From assembly GCA_965205015.1 (NCBI GenBank), contig OZ242029.1:3200001-3264000 (forward strand): a stretch of 64,000 bases of DNA, read 5' to 3'. The stretch is from Candidatus Poribacteria bacterium (GTDB taxonomy: Bacteria > Poribacteria > WGA-4E > WGA-3G). The position numbers were made by a program, and so were the translations under genes. The notes beneath the pieces are model-generated. The model made no database searches. It saw only the letters and a program-made list of their open reading frames with translations, and was not told the DNA's origin. The number at the start of each line of letters is the position of its first letter. The stretch's first letter is position 1. Of this stretch, positions 49,053-59,263 are shown piece after piece.

Positions 49053-50024
49053 TCAGGCAGGATCTTCGCCATAGAGTCCGATGTGCCGATAACGTTCATG
49101 CCTTTGTTGGATCAGTTGTTGCGGTGTCATCTGCATCAATTCGGTGAGGTGTTTACGAACTGCGCGTTTGACGTTGCGTGCGGAGGCTTCCGCGTCTCTG
49201 TGTGCACCGCCGAGCGGTTCACGAATAACTTGGTCAATAATCTCTAATTTAAGCAGGTCTGGTGCCGTCGGTTTATAGCCTTCAGTTGCTTCGGGCGCGT
49301 GTTCGCCTTTATCCTTCCACACGATGCCGCTGCAGGCTTCAGGGGGTGCGACACAGTAGACGGCGTACTCCATCATCAAGACGCGATTTCCAACTGCGAT
49401 TGCCAAAGCACCGCCACTGCCACCTTCACCGATGATAACGACCAGGATCGGAACACGCATCAACATCATTTCAGCGAGGTTCTCAGCGATCGCCATTGCC
49501 TGTCCGTATTCCTCGGAACGGAGATCAAAGTGTGCCCCCGGTGTGTCAACAAAACAGATTAACGGACGGTTGAATTTATCAGCTAACTGCATCAATCGTC
49601 TTGCCTTGCGATAACCCTCCGGATGCGTGTATCCGAAATTCATCTCCTGTCGCTCTTCGAGATTCGTGCCTTTTTGCTGTGCAAGGTAGACAAGCGGTTG
49701 TCCATCGAACCAAGCAAAACCCCCAATGAGTGCCCGATCGTCGCCGTAGAGTTTATCGCTGTGAAGCTCAACATGTTCATCGAAAAGTGCGTTAATATAA
49801 AAGGGGGCTTGTGGGCGTTGCGGATGCCGTGCTAACCGGACTTTATCCCAGCGACTTAGTTTTTGGAACGTTTGCCGTGTAAGCGTATTCGTATTCTGCT
49901 TTAGCGCCGACATCCCTTCTTTCAGGTCTAATTCAGGATGTGCTTGCGCGAAGGCTTCCAGTCGCGCAAGGTGCCGTTCTAATTCGATGAACGGCTTTTC
50001 AAATTCCAGATCTGTTGTGTTCAT
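49053..50024 (-). CDS. accA: Acetyl-CoA carboxylase carboxyltransferase alpha subunit
   Basis: LEFEKP, ARHPQRP, PEGYRKA.RLM, DTPGA, GEGGSGGALA, EPLGGAHRD. Confidence 0.96.
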   Translation of the reverse strand: MNTTDLEFEKPFIELERHLARLEAFAQAHPELDLKEGMSALKQNTNTLTRQTFQKLSRWDKVRLARHPQRPQAPFYINALFDEHVELHSDKLYGDDRALIGGFAWFDGQPLVYLAQQKGTNLEERQEMNFGYTHPEGYRKARRLMQLADKFNRPLICFVDTPGAHFDLRSEEYGQAMAIAENLAEMMLMRVPILVVIIGEGGSGGALAIAVGNRVLMMEYAVYCVAPPEACSGIVWKDKGEHAPEATEGYKPTAPDLLKLEIIDQVIREPLGGAHRDAEASARNVKRAVRKHLTELMQMTPQQLIQQRHERYRHIGLYGEDPA

Positions 50025-50126
50025 ATTTGTTGGCTTTCGGTTTTCGGCGGTCGGTTAAAAGATGTTGATTTAATCAAAGCCTCTTAACCGACTACCAGTG
50101 ACCATTCTTTTGACAGTCAATTGCTA

Positions 50127-51650
50127 TTAAGATTGACGTGCTTCGTTGCGAAGCCCGATCCAGACACAGGCTGCCATTCCGAATAGCACAGCTGCGAACG
50201 GGAAGCCTGCCACGAGGGAGGCTGCTTGCAACGAACTCAGACCCCCGCCAAGCAATAGGACGATGGCAACGGCACCCTCAGCTGTGCACCAGAACACTCG
50301 GTGAGATACAGGGGCGTCAAGTTTGCCGCCTGCCGTGATGGTATCAATGACGAGCGAACCAGAGTCTGATGAGGTAACAAAAAAGATGACCGTCAGCAGC
50401 ATCGCGATAGTGGATACCAGGGTCGTCATCGGCAGTTCGTCAAGCATTTTGAACAACGAGAGTTCCGGCTTATACGCTTCCACAGTTTCCGACACACCTG
50501 TGTAGCCATCAGCGATCTGATCAAGAGCAGTGCCGCCAAAGGCACTAAACCATATTAAACACAACAGGGTGGGTAGCAGTAATACACCGATGATAAACTC
50601 GCGAACCGTCCGTCCCTTTGAAATTCGGGCGATGAAGGTGCCGACGAACGGGGCCCAAGCGATCCACCACGCCCAATAGAACGTTGTCCATCCGTGGAGA
50701 AACCCTGTGTCTGTGCGGCCGACCCAGTTGCTGAGGGGCCTCATCTTAGAGATATAGGCGGTCAGTCCAGTGAACAGACCTTTAAATATGGCAATTTTTG
50801 GACCGACGAGGAGGACAAAGAGTAGCAGCAAAAACGCGAGAATCACATTGAACTGGCTGAGGCGTTTGATGCCCACATTCAGCCCTGTCAGCACGGAGAT
50901 GAGCGCGACTGCGGTTATGACCACTATCAGGACCACCATGGTGGTGTTGGTCGCGGGAACCTCAAAGAGATAGTTGAGTCCGGCGGTCACTTGCTGGGCA
51001 CCTAAGCCGAGTGAGGTAGCGAGCCCGAACAAACTGGCGAAGACGGCGAGTGTATCAATGACATGGCCCGGCCAGCCCCATATTCGTTCACCGAGGACGG
51101 GATAGAATGCAGAGCGGATGGTGAGCGGGAGTCCTCGGTTGTAGGCGAAGAATGCCAGAGCAAGTCCGACGACTCCGTAGACTGCCCAGCCGTGTATGCC
51201 CCAGTGAAAGGTCGTTGCTGCGATACCGATGGCTGCATCGGTTTTCGCTTCACCGCCGAGGGGTGGACTCATAAAGTGTTGGACGGGTTCCAAGACTCCG
51301 AAGAATAGGAGCCCGATACCGATGCCGGATGCAAAGAGCATGGCGAACCAAGTGAGGTTGGAGTATTCAGGAACGGCATCTCGTCCGCCGAGGCGGATCT
51401 TGCCCAATGGGGAGACAATCAAAAATAGGCAGAACACGACCAGGAGGTTGACAATGTCCATGAACCACCAGTCGAAGTTTGTGGTGAGCCATTTTCGGGT
51501 AGCCCCGAAAAGGCTTGTTGCCCCTTCCCGGAACACGAGGGATGCGATGACAAAAATGACGATGACGATTGAAGAAATGAGAAAAACGGGGGTCAGCCCA
51601 AATATTTTGGTGTCGTTCTGGAGATGTTTTCCTTCTTCGTGCATTTTCAA
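50127..51650 (-). CDS. BCCT family transporter (betaine/choline/DMSP-type)
   Basis: WFAMLFASGIGIGL, FHWG.HGW, WTTFYWAWWIAWAPFVG.FIARISKGRT. Confidence 0.93.
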   Translation of the reverse strand: MKMHEEGKHLQNDTKIFGLTPVFLISSIVIVIFVIASLVFREGATSLFGATRKWLTTNFDWWFMDIVNLLVVFCLFLIVSPLGKIRLGGRDAVPEYSNLTWFAMLFASGIGIGLLFFGVLEPVQHFMSPPLGGEAKTDAAIGIAATTFHWGIHGWAVYGVVGLALAFFAYNRGLPLTIRSAFYPVLGERIWGWPGHVIDTLAVFASLFGLATSLGLGAQQVTAGLNYLFEVPATNTTMVVLIVVITAVALISVLTGLNVGIKRLSQFNVILAFLLLLFVLLVGPKIAIFKGLFTGLTAYISKMRPLSNWVGRTDTGFLHGWTTFYWAWWIAWAPFVGTFIARISKGRTVREFIIGVLLLPTLLCLIWFSAFGGTALDQIADGYTGVSETVEAYKPELSLFKMLDELPMTTLVSTIAMLLTVIFFVTSSDSGSLVIDTITAGGKLDAPVSHRVFWCTAEGAVAIVLLLGGGLSSLQAASLVAGFPFAAVLFGMAACVWIGLRNEARQS

Positions 51651-51746
51651 AATTCTCCTTTTAGAGTTGCGTTAGCGGTTTTTCAACCGCGCACGGAACG
51701 GAGTGCGCTTACAAAGCGCGCATCCAGTGGAAGGTCGCATAGCTGA

Positions 51747-53027
51747 TTAGAAATAGTAACCGAAGTTGAAGTTAAGTCGCCAATGCCATACGTTATTTCC
51801 GTTGGCACCCACGTGGTTAACTCCAGTAAGGATATTCCCGTATTTATCTCCCGTGTTACCGACAAAAAAGTTGCCATCGGAGAGTGCAAAATCACTATAA
51901 ACATACAATGCACCCAAGATTGTCCAACTTGCGCCGAGCGTTACGAGTGTGCTGGCGTTGTAGTCATCTACAGTTTTGAGGATAGTGCTCCACTCCGCAT
52001 AGGGCGTAACGCTGTCAATCCATGAGATACTTGAGGTATCTATACCCCCGTATCGCAGTGATAGTCCGGGTATTAATCCTTTAGATGCGACGGGCCATGC
52101 GAAGTCGTAAGCACCCATTGGAATTAGGTCTCCGGTACCCCAAGGCGTTTTGTCAGTGATGTTATGCGCGTAATAAGAGAATTGTGAAAAGAGCGTGAAG
52201 TCTGCGAAGGTATTCTTTGCATGTGCCGAGAATGCATAGTGGTTACCACTATCATCGCTACCTACATTTGTCCCTTTCAGCAACCCGAATTGCAGTGACA
52301 CACCGACATCCGCGATGTTCTCAAGTGCGTAGATGGCTCGGAGATTAACTTGATGCTGCTCATCAAACCCGTTTTCACCGGCACCCCACTCGACGTTTCC
52401 TTTGGCATCGGCTTTTTCTTCCCATTTGACGACATCATAACTGTATCTTGAACTCGCCAGACTGCCATACTTTATCAGTTGAGGGTCGGTCAGCGGGTAG
52501 TAGCCGACATCAAGCGTCAGTTTATCAAAGGTATCATTCCATCTGATCCCTAAGTCCATGTCATCGGCGAGTCCGACATAAAAATGCTGGTCAAAAAACC
52601 AGCTCGTCGAAATTCCGTAGGCGGTCGGACCGAAGGGCACGCGCACAATACCCGCTTTAACTGTGCCAGAATCACCGAGTTTATACCCCAACCATGCGGT
52701 GTGTATCATGCTGTAGCCATCATACCATCGGTATTCAAGCCGACTGATGATGTTGTTATAGTCCAAGTCAGCATTGAGGCGGAAAATCTCAAGGTCAACA
52801 TCACCGATTTTTTCGCCTCGAGGGTGTGGGTTCTCCTCATCGCCGTACTTACCGTAGGCGTAGTTGACCCGCATTGCTCCGCCGACTTTAATGGGACTCT
52901 TCTTCGGTGCTGGCGTCTCAACAGTTTCGGTTGTCTCTTCGGTTGTATCAGCCATCGCGAACGGCGCAACGATTAGCAAAAATGCGATACCGAAGCCGAA
53001 GATGTGTTGATATTTTCGATTTTTCAT
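51747..53027 (-). CDS. Outer-membrane porin-like beta-barrel upstream of the BCCT gene
   Basis: Signal peptide, beta-strand pattern, C-terminal NFNFGYYF. Confidence 0.75.
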   Translation of the reverse strand: MKNRKYQHIFGFGIAFLLIVAPFAMADTTEETTETVETPAPKKSPIKVGGAMRVNYAYGKYGDEENPHPRGEKIGDVDLEIFRLNADLDYNNIISRLEYRWYDGYSMIHTAWLGYKLGDSGTVKAGIVRVPFGPTAYGISTSWFFDQHFYVGLADDMDLGIRWNDTFDKLTLDVGYYPLTDPQLIKYGSLASSRYSYDVVKWEEKADAKGNVEWGAGENGFDEQHQVNLRAIYALENIADVGVSLQFGLLKGTNVGSDDSGNHYAFSAHAKNTFADFTLFSQFSYYAHNITDKTPWGTGDLIPMGAYDFAWPVASKGLIPGLSLRYGGIDTSSISWIDSVTPYAEWSTILKTVDDYNASTLVTLGASWTILGALYVYSDFALSDGNFFVGNTGDKYGNILTGVNHVGANGNNVWHWRLNFNFGYYF

Positions 53028-53117
53028 AAGCAAAAAGTTTATGAAACCTCCATATTGATGCATAGGTTTTTTTCTCCTTCGTTAGGTAATACCATTCAAT
53101 TTCAATTATGATTAAAA

Positions 53118-53209
53118 CAGGACTTACGCAGCATCCTTTGCTGTCGAGGTGTGAAACCTCACCAGCGGCGTGTGGGCCGTAGGTTTTCTATGGAAATTGC
53201 GTAAGTTCT
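53118..53209. mobile_element. Short MITE-like element, same terminal IR as 47623-47858
   Basis: CAGGACTTACGCA ... TGCGTAAGTTCT enclosing a CGAGG..AAACCTC..CAGCG palindrome. Confidence 0.6.
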
Positions 53210-53221
53210 ATAAAATATAAA

Positions 53222-53252
53222 AACTCGCCCACAATCTGATTGTAGGCGAGTT
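53222..53252 (-). terminator. Probable terminator after the lipoprotein gene
   Basis: AACTCGCC.ACAATC...GATTGT.GGCGAGTT stem plus U tract. Confidence 0.6.
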
Positions 53253-53261
53253 AGATAGACG

Positions 53262-55331
53262 CTATTGCATTTGCCCCATACCCTGCATCATTGCAAAAGT
53301 TTGGATAAGCTGCTTAAAATCACCGAGCGTCAGCAAAAGTTTCGCACCGATACCAGCGTCCTCGACTTTCGCTGAAAAACCGATGCTATAGTTCTCTGGC
53401 AGGTTCATAAACAATCCCGACATCATTTGCAAGGCGGCAGCACTATTCGGATCCACTGACTTCGCGAGAATCGGTAAAAGGCTTTTAACCAAAGTCATTG
53501 GAGACATGGCAAAAAATAGGTTACTCTCCAAGTCCAAGGTCGTGACCAGTTTTTCGTAACTCGGTTCTGCAGAGAAAACAGGGGCGGTACCGACGCCCGA
53601 CTTGTTGTCCAAAGCCATTTTCATCAATTCCTCGCTGCCCATCACCATAAACAGGTGATCACCGGTAATAGCATAGTACCAGTGCCATTCATTTGGCATC
53701 AACCCGGCGACCTCGGGTGGCATCTCTCCGAAAGCACTGCTGAAGTTCGGGAAGACATAACTTTTAATTTCAACGCCATTATGTAGCATGGGCTCACCTT
53801 GATACGCCCCTTCGTACATATTCAGACTAACAACATCACCCACCATGTTTTGAGCCAATGCCATTGCGTCTTGGAGTTGTTTAAGCAACCCCTTTTCCAT
53901 ATAGGTTTTCGCCTTTTGTTCATCTTTGAGTCCATAGATAACTAAATAATCTGGAATGACGCTATCACTAAAATTGGCGGAGAATGTCCATTCTTCATCA
54001 AGCGCCTCATAAAAGTCTTCCGTTTGTTTGACGAGGGATGCAAGCATCTCAGCCTGTTCTGGGTCGGCGTCCTGTGAAAGCATTCTCATCCAGAACAGGC
54101 TCATCTCAATCATCAGTTCGGGTTTCCCCTGAAGTGCTCCGTTCATAAACGCCGGACTCGGGAGTTCACCAAGGAGGGTCAATTCATGGGGAGCCATCTC
54201 TTTTAACGCGTTCTGAATTCCGCTATTGTTCTGGAACTTCAGAAATGGGGCGAGTTTGACATCGGTTCCTTCCACTTCAAGCGTTGCACTCAGAGATTTT
54301 AGCTGCCCAAGTATATTTGTCACCATGTCAAACATACTTTTAAGGAAGGGGGCTGCTGTCATGGCTCCTGGATCGCTTTCGAGGCCGTCTTGCATTAACT
54401 CTGATTCCTCTTCAAGGGACGCACTCAAGACAGGCACGACTGATTCAATATCGAAGTGCACTGCGAGCTGCGCCGTCCCCACTGAAATATCAGCAAGAAA
54501 TGCCTGATAATCTGGATTGCTTGTGATGGAAGGTTTTGTCTTGTTATAGGTATCAATGACGCTTTCACACACTTCGGCGGATCGAGAAAAAACGAGGGTG
54601 TTGTCTATAATAGCGAAACTACCACCCCCTCCAGTGGCGTTCCAATAGGTTACGCCGTTATATTCTATCGGTGCGCTGCCTTCGCTTTCGGCATCAATCA
54701 CCTGTTTCATGGCTGTGGGGTCTATGAGATGCACGGTTGCGGAGAGATCGGGTGGGTTCAAGGAGGTCATGAAGATCGCAAAATCTTGATTCATATCCAA
54801 CCCGATTTCCTCCAATTCACTAAGACTCTCGAAACCAGCACCAAAGGTACGTGCCAAGATTTTGGCGATGACTTCTGGGTTTTCAGTGGTCGGCATCAAG
54901 TCCATTGCCAACATGTTAACTCGATTGTTTAGTGCATTCAGACTGGGACAATAAATGATCCCGGCTGTGTGTTTGGGTATGAGATGTAGCACACTGCTGC
55001 TCGGGATTTCCACCATTGGTGTTGCTTCTTCAGGTTCGACTTCACGGTGCCTTTCCTCTTCAGCTGCGTGTGTTTCTTCCGAGGATTCTTGGTGTTCATC
55101 AGAATCCTGTTCTTCAGCGTGTGCTTCTTCCGAGGATTCTTGGTGTTCATCAAGATCCTGCTCTATGACTTGCGACTCTTCCTGTTTTTTTTCGGATTCT
55201 TGTTGTGTTACAGGTGCTTCGGTGGTAATTGGGACTGGAGGGGTCTCTTTCGCGCCGCAACCCGCGAATGCAAGCATTGTCAGTAGTGCCAATGCAATAA
55301 GCGGTAAAAACAAACATCTCTTCATTATCAA
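53262..55331 (-). CDS. Large acidic lipoprotein of unknown function
   Basis: Lipobox FAGC; low-complexity Glu/His-rich linker. Confidence 0.7.
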   Translation of the reverse strand: MIMKRCLFLPLIALALLTMLAFAGCGAKETPPVPITTEAPVTQQESEKKQEESQVIEQDLDEHQESSEEAHAEEQDSDEHQESSEETHAAEEERHREVEPEEATPMVEIPSSSVLHLIPKHTAGIIYCPSLNALNNRVNMLAMDLMPTTENPEVIAKILARTFGAGFESLSELEEIGLDMNQDFAIFMTSLNPPDLSATVHLIDPTAMKQVIDAESEGSAPIEYNGVTYWNATGGGGSFAIIDNTLVFSRSAEVCESVIDTYNKTKPSITSNPDYQAFLADISVGTAQLAVHFDIESVVPVLSASLEEESELMQDGLESDPGAMTAAPFLKSMFDMVTNILGQLKSLSATLEVEGTDVKLAPFLKFQNNSGIQNALKEMAPHELTLLGELPSPAFMNGALQGKPELMIEMSLFWMRMLSQDADPEQAEMLASLVKQTEDFYEALDEEWTFSANFSDSVIPDYLVIYGLKDEQKAKTYMEKGLLKQLQDAMALAQNMVGDVVSLNMYEGAYQGEPMLHNGVEIKSYVFPNFSSAFGEMPPEVAGLMPNEWHWYYAITGDHLFMVMGSEELMKMALDNKSGVGTAPVFSAEPSYEKLVTTLDLESNLFFAMSPMTLVKSLLPILAKSVDPNSAAALQMMSGLFMNLPENYSIGFSAKVEDAGIGAKLLLTLGDFKQLIQTFAMMQGMGQMQ
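55066..55160 (-). repeat. In-frame 51-bp tandem repeat (QD(L/S)DEHQESSEE(A/T)HA)
   Basis: Two near-identical units 51 bp apart. Confidence 0.85.
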
Positions 55332-55391
55332 TTTCTCCTCAAGTGGTGGACAACCTGTGGGTGTATCCGCACCAGATTTATGGTGTTAATT

Positions 55392-56474
55392 TTAGGTTTT
55401 TGATATTTTTTCTTCAAGTGCATTGATTTCCGCATTGGAAGCCAATACGCCGATTTCGACCTCATAGTGCCTACGACCCCCGGGTTCAATATATTGTAGG
55501 GCACCGCGTTCACGTTCCTTTGCCCTGCCTTCTACCCCGCAATTCGAGGGTTCTAAACCGAAGACATAACTGCCTTCTCCGCACATCTTCCACTGAACAA
55601 AGTGCGGGAACTGCGTTTTGTGGTAGCGTACCGATACACCGATACCTTGCCCATCATTAAAATTGCGGTTTACAAGCGCGACGTAGATGTGGTTATCAAT
55701 ATCGGGTTCCATTTCGTGATAGAAAACCTCTTCTTGGAAATCGACGGTTGGCGGTTCGCAGAGATTATAATTGTTCAAGTTTGCAGCAGCCTGTTCGTCA
55801 CGCGGGGTGACCTGTGAGGAGGGAGCAAGTAGTTCACTGTCTTGCGTAAGAATTGGAAATCCGACGTTAATATGGAAGAGGTACATGTGTGGTGAATCTT
55901 GGTATCCCAGGTTTTCGACGATATCCTCAACGTGCAACGTACGCGACCCTAACTCGGTCCAAATTCGACGGGTGCGAATGAGATTTTCACCCAAAGCGGC
56001 GGTTTCTCGCACCTTTCCCTGCGCCCATAACATGTAGCGCTGTCCTTCCCATCGACTGTCCACCCAAACGTTCTTGGCAGGGATATGCGAGACTCTGCCG
56101 TGAAGTCCTAATGCCTCATCGTCATCTTCGCCGGGGACACCGACTTGTCGCATACCGCAAGTTGTCAGCAAGCCGCCATAAAACCCCCGTAGCCAACCGA
56201 GTCCATCAGGTTCATAATGTGCAGGATTTACATCGCCCGTACTCGAACGCCAGCAGAGCGGGATACCCTGATATTCTGCATAAGAGATATCCAAGCCACG
56301 ACTCGGCAGGACGGTGAAACTAAGACCACTACCGGTTCGGAAGTCGATAGCGTCAACGCCCTTTTCGTTGCCGTCCGTGAGTTGGTACATTTTGGCATGG
56401 GCAATTTGCGAGACATCTCCGAGATGGCGAAGCAGTTGCATTCTGTCATACGTTGCTCCATATAAGTTTATCAA
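55392..56474 (-). CDS. DUF4432 / aldose 1-epimerase-like protein (probable TTG start at 56474)
   Basis: VLPSRGLDI, WLRGFYGG.LTTCG, LHGR, GLEP. Confidence 0.85.
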   Translation of the reverse strand: MINLYGATYDRMQLLRHLGDVSQIAHAKMYQLTDGNEKGVDAIDFRTGSGLSFTVLPSRGLDISYAEYQGIPLCWRSSTGDVNPAHYEPDGLGWLRGFYGGLLTTCGMRQVGVPGEDDDEALGLHGRVSHIPAKNVWVDSRWEGQRYMLWAQGKVRETAALGENLIRTRRIWTELGSRTLHVEDIVENLGYQDSPHMYLFHINVGFPILTQDSELLAPSSQVTPRDEQAAANLNNYNLCEPPTVDFQEEVFYHEMEPDIDNHIYVALVNRNFNDGQGIGVSVRYHKTQFPHFVQWKMCGEGSYVFGLEPSNCGVEGRAKERERGALQYIEPGGRRHYEVEIGVLASNAEINALEEKISKT

Positions 56475-56624
56475 ATTAAGGTTCCCCTTTCTGGTGTATC
56501 TTGATCGTTTCAATTCAAGGGCGTTTCCTTCAAGCCTGTATTGAGAAGATGAATCAAATTTTTTGTGTTCTGTTGCTGAAATGAAATTATAGTATATATC
56601 ATAAAAAAAAGCAAATTTTTCGTT
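56339..56624 (-). repeat. Direct repeat copy 1: promoter and 5' end of the DUF4432 gene
   Basis: Aligns collinearly with 61478-61761; includes TTGCTT-17-TATAAT (56614-56586). Confidence 0.9.
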
Positions 56625-56761
56625 TCAGTATGGATAGGAGGAATCATGTGAGGTAGTTCATTATCTAAAGCAATTTTAGTTGTCCTGACTTCGGGTTTAT
56701 GGTATTCTTAATACCATTGAAGTTGCTCTTAGATGTCCAAAAGGAAGTGGCTGACTGAGTT

Positions 56762-57046
56762 ATGTATATTGAGGATTGCATCTGGCTGCCTGACATTTTG
56801 GTTAAACTGTTCGTCAAACATCATGTTACACAAAAGGAAGTTGAAGAAATATTTTTCAATCGTCCGAAATACCGTTTTGTTGAATCAGGATATAGAAAAG
56901 GGGAAGATGTATATTCTGCCGCTGGACAGACAGATGCCGGCCGTTACTTGATTGTATTCTTCATTCAGAAACCGGGCAATTTGGCACTCGTTTTGAGTGC
57001 CCGCGATATGGATCAAAAGGAGAGAAAAAGGTATGAGAAAAAATAA
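56762..57046 (+). CDS. BrnT-family toxin
   Basis: KL..KHHVT..EVEEIF, G.T.AGRYL.VFF, LSARDM...ERKRY. Confidence 0.85.
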   Translation: MYIEDCIWLPDILVKLFVKHHVTQKEVEEIFFNRPKYRFVESGYRKGEDVYSAAGQTDAGRYLIVFFIQKPGNLALVLSARDMDQKERKRYEKK

Positions 57047-57311
57047 AGATAAACAGGTTACCAGTATATCCAAAGCGAGAACATTAGAAGAGATAGCTGA
57101 TTTCTGGGATACACATAGTTTGGCCGACCATTGGGATGAAACGCATGAGGTCGATTTTGAGGTGCGGATGCAGCGGAAGTGTCATGTGACACTCACGCCA
57201 GAGATCTATGAAAAGATTGAAAGGCACGCGCGAGAGCAGGGCGTTTTACCGGAAACCTTAGTCAATCTGTGGCTGGCTGAATGTCTCCAAAGGATCGAAT
57301 CAACGACGTGA
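57033..57311 (+). CDS. BrnA/CopG-like antitoxin
   Basis: EEIADFWDTHSLADHW, A...GV..ETLVNLWL; overlaps the toxin. Confidence 0.82.
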   Translation: MRKNKDKQVTSISKARTLEEIADFWDTHSLADHWDETHEVDFEVRMQRKCHVTLTPEIYEKIERHAREQGVLPETLVNLWLAECLQRIESTT

Positions 57312-57337
57312 AAATATTCACAAAGGAAAGTTACTGA

Positions 57338-57640
57338 ATGATTAAGTTTAGCGAATTGAAGCAGGTCCCACTACGTGAAATATGGCAACATGAAGCAAGC
57401 GACTTTACCCCGTGGCTGGCGAAGAATATTCAGAAGTTGGGAGACGCGCTCGGAATGGATCTTGAGCTCGTAGATAGAGAGGCATCTGTTGGAGATTTCT
57501 CTCTTGATCTTTTGGCAAGTGAATTAGAAGGAATTAAAGAGTGGCACATTGAGAATTTGCTGAAACTCAAAAAGGTATTTCAGCCTGAAATAGAACAGGC
57601 TCTGGAGGCACTCAATTCCAGCAAAGGAGAGGAGTCATGA
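57338..57640 (+). pseudogene. Internally deleted DUF4268/NucS-like nuclease remnant
   Basis: LREIW.HEA.DFTPWL..N...LG..LG...E..VG.F..DLLA joined directly to a C-terminal W....L..LKKVF.P helix. Confidence 0.6.
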
Positions 57641-58317
57641 AAAAAATTACGGAGATGAACCCGGTTGAATTCCGCGAGTTGCTACATACCCTTGTTAACG
57701 AAGAACTCTTCAAATCACAAGAACGACTTGCCAAATTGCTGGCGAGAAATGGCACTCAGGAGGCACTGGAGGCGGAATTCTTTCACTTTCACGGCGACAC
57801 TGAAGATCTGGGGGGTTGGTTTGAGGAATATGAGGAAGATCCACTTAAAGGACTCGACCTACATACGCCGCTTGCTAAAAAACTCAAGAGGCAACGCGAG
57901 TACATCCTCGCCAATCGGAAGACAACTCTTGAAGAACGAATCCATAGAAGGATGGGAGTCTATCTTAAAAGTGACCCCATGCCAGATAAGAAAATTATTG
58001 AGTTGTCCCCCACTGAATTCCGAGAACTGCTACGGACGCTGGTCACCCAGGATATTTTTCTCTCGCGGAAACGACTCGGGGCGTTGCTTGAACAGAACGC
58101 TTCAACAGAACAATTGGATGCTGCATTTCGGGAGTTTTTCGTCGCTTATGAACTCTTGGAGCTTGCCTTGGAGGATTACCATTACGATCCAGATGAAGGT
58201 CTAGAGATGCAACCTGAATTTGCAGAAGAGTTAGATCGGAGGATAGAAGATTACGAAACGGGCAGGGCTAAATTGATTCCAATGGAAAAAGTTTTCAAGA
58301 AGTTGGGAATAGAGTGA
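57637..58317 (+). CDS. Putative antitoxin with internally duplicated domain
   Basis: Two EFRELL.TLV...DP..GL units; C-terminal DPDEGLE...IPMEKV.KKLG; upstream of RelE. Confidence 0.65.
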   Translation: MKKITEMNPVEFRELLHTLVNEELFKSQERLAKLLARNGTQEALEAEFFHFHGDTEDLGGWFEEYEEDPLKGLDLHTPLAKKLKRQREYILANRKTTLEERIHRRMGVYLKSDPMPDKKIIELSPTEFRELLRTLVTQDIFLSRKRLGALLEQNASTEQLDAAFREFFVAYELLELALEDYHYDPDEGLEMQPEFAEELDRRIEDYETGRAKLIPMEKVFKKLGIE

Positions 58318-58577
58318 CAATGTATACGTTAACAATGGACTCACGGGCTGAATCGGATTTAGCGCGTTTATCCCCTCCGATAGCCCGGCGGGTTCGCAGA
58401 AGGCTGGAGCGACTATGCAAAGATCCTGACACTCAGCATCACAAAGCACTGAAAGGTAAACACAAAGGAAAATTTAGTTTAAGAATTGCTAAACATTACC
58501 GGGTTATTTATTTTTTGGATAGAAGGACCAAAGAGGTGGTTGTTCACCAAATTGGACATCGGAGCAAAGTCTACTAA
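58314..58577 (+). CDS. RelE/ParE family toxin
   Basis: AESDLARL...RV...L, LKG....FSLRI..YRVIY, IGHRSKVY. Confidence 0.88.
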   Translation: MTMYTLTMDSRAESDLARLSPPIARRVRRRLERLCKDPDTQHHKALKGKHKGKFSLRIAKHYRVIYFLDRRTKEVVVHQIGHRSKVY

Positions 58578-58606
58578 GTCGGTTTTATCTGTGAGAAATT
58601 TGAACT

Positions 58607-59155
58607 ATGCAAAACTTAGCACAAGTTCCCTTTTGTGTAGGTCATATCACCATTGACAAGGTTCACTGGTTCCTTGACCTCTTTGATGAACTCGATATTA
58701 CAGTTTGGATTGACGGTGGCTGGGGCGTTGATGCCCTATTGGGTGAATCGACCCGAGAACATCAGGATTTGGATATTATGATTTCATGGGAGGATTCAGC
58801 AATACTCACCGCTGCACTCTATCAACACGGCTTTGTTGATATTCATACCGATGACCGTAAGGATCGAAACTTCGTGATGGGACATCCATCACACGGGAGG
58901 ATCGACTTCCATGTCATCGAGCTTACCGAAGAAGGCGGCGCGATCTACGGTCCCGGTGACATCGATTGGGTAATCACCGAATCGGAGTTGCGTGCTGTTG
59001 GTTTTATTGGAGGACGGGAAGTGCGATGTTTGTCAGTGGATTACCAAGTCCGTTCGCACGCTGGTTACACGTTGCAAGATACGGATTTTGCTGATATGCG
59101 AGCACTGCAGGAGAAGTTCGGCGTTAAGTTGCTTGCTGAGCAGATTAACGTTTAA
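58607..59155 (+). CDS. Lincosamide/aminoglycoside nucleotidyltransferase-like protein (Lnu/ANT(2'') fold)
   Basis: WIDGGWGVDALLG..TR.H.DLD, IDFH, G.IGG..V.C.S, H.GY. Confidence 0.8.
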   Translation: MQNLAQVPFCVGHITIDKVHWFLDLFDELDITVWIDGGWGVDALLGESTREHQDLDIMISWEDSAILTAALYQHGFVDIHTDDRKDRNFVMGHPSHGRIDFHVIELTEEGGAIYGPGDIDWVITESELRAVGFIGGREVRCLSVDYQVRSHAGYTLQDTDFADMRALQEKFGVKLLAEQINV

Positions 59156-59263
59156 CAAAACAATGACGCCATAGGGAAGACCGGCGAGGTTAGGAAACCT
59201 CGCCTACCGGGGTAGGGGATCTTCCTGAGAAAGTCGGGGATGGAAACCTCTCCTACAGGTCTC

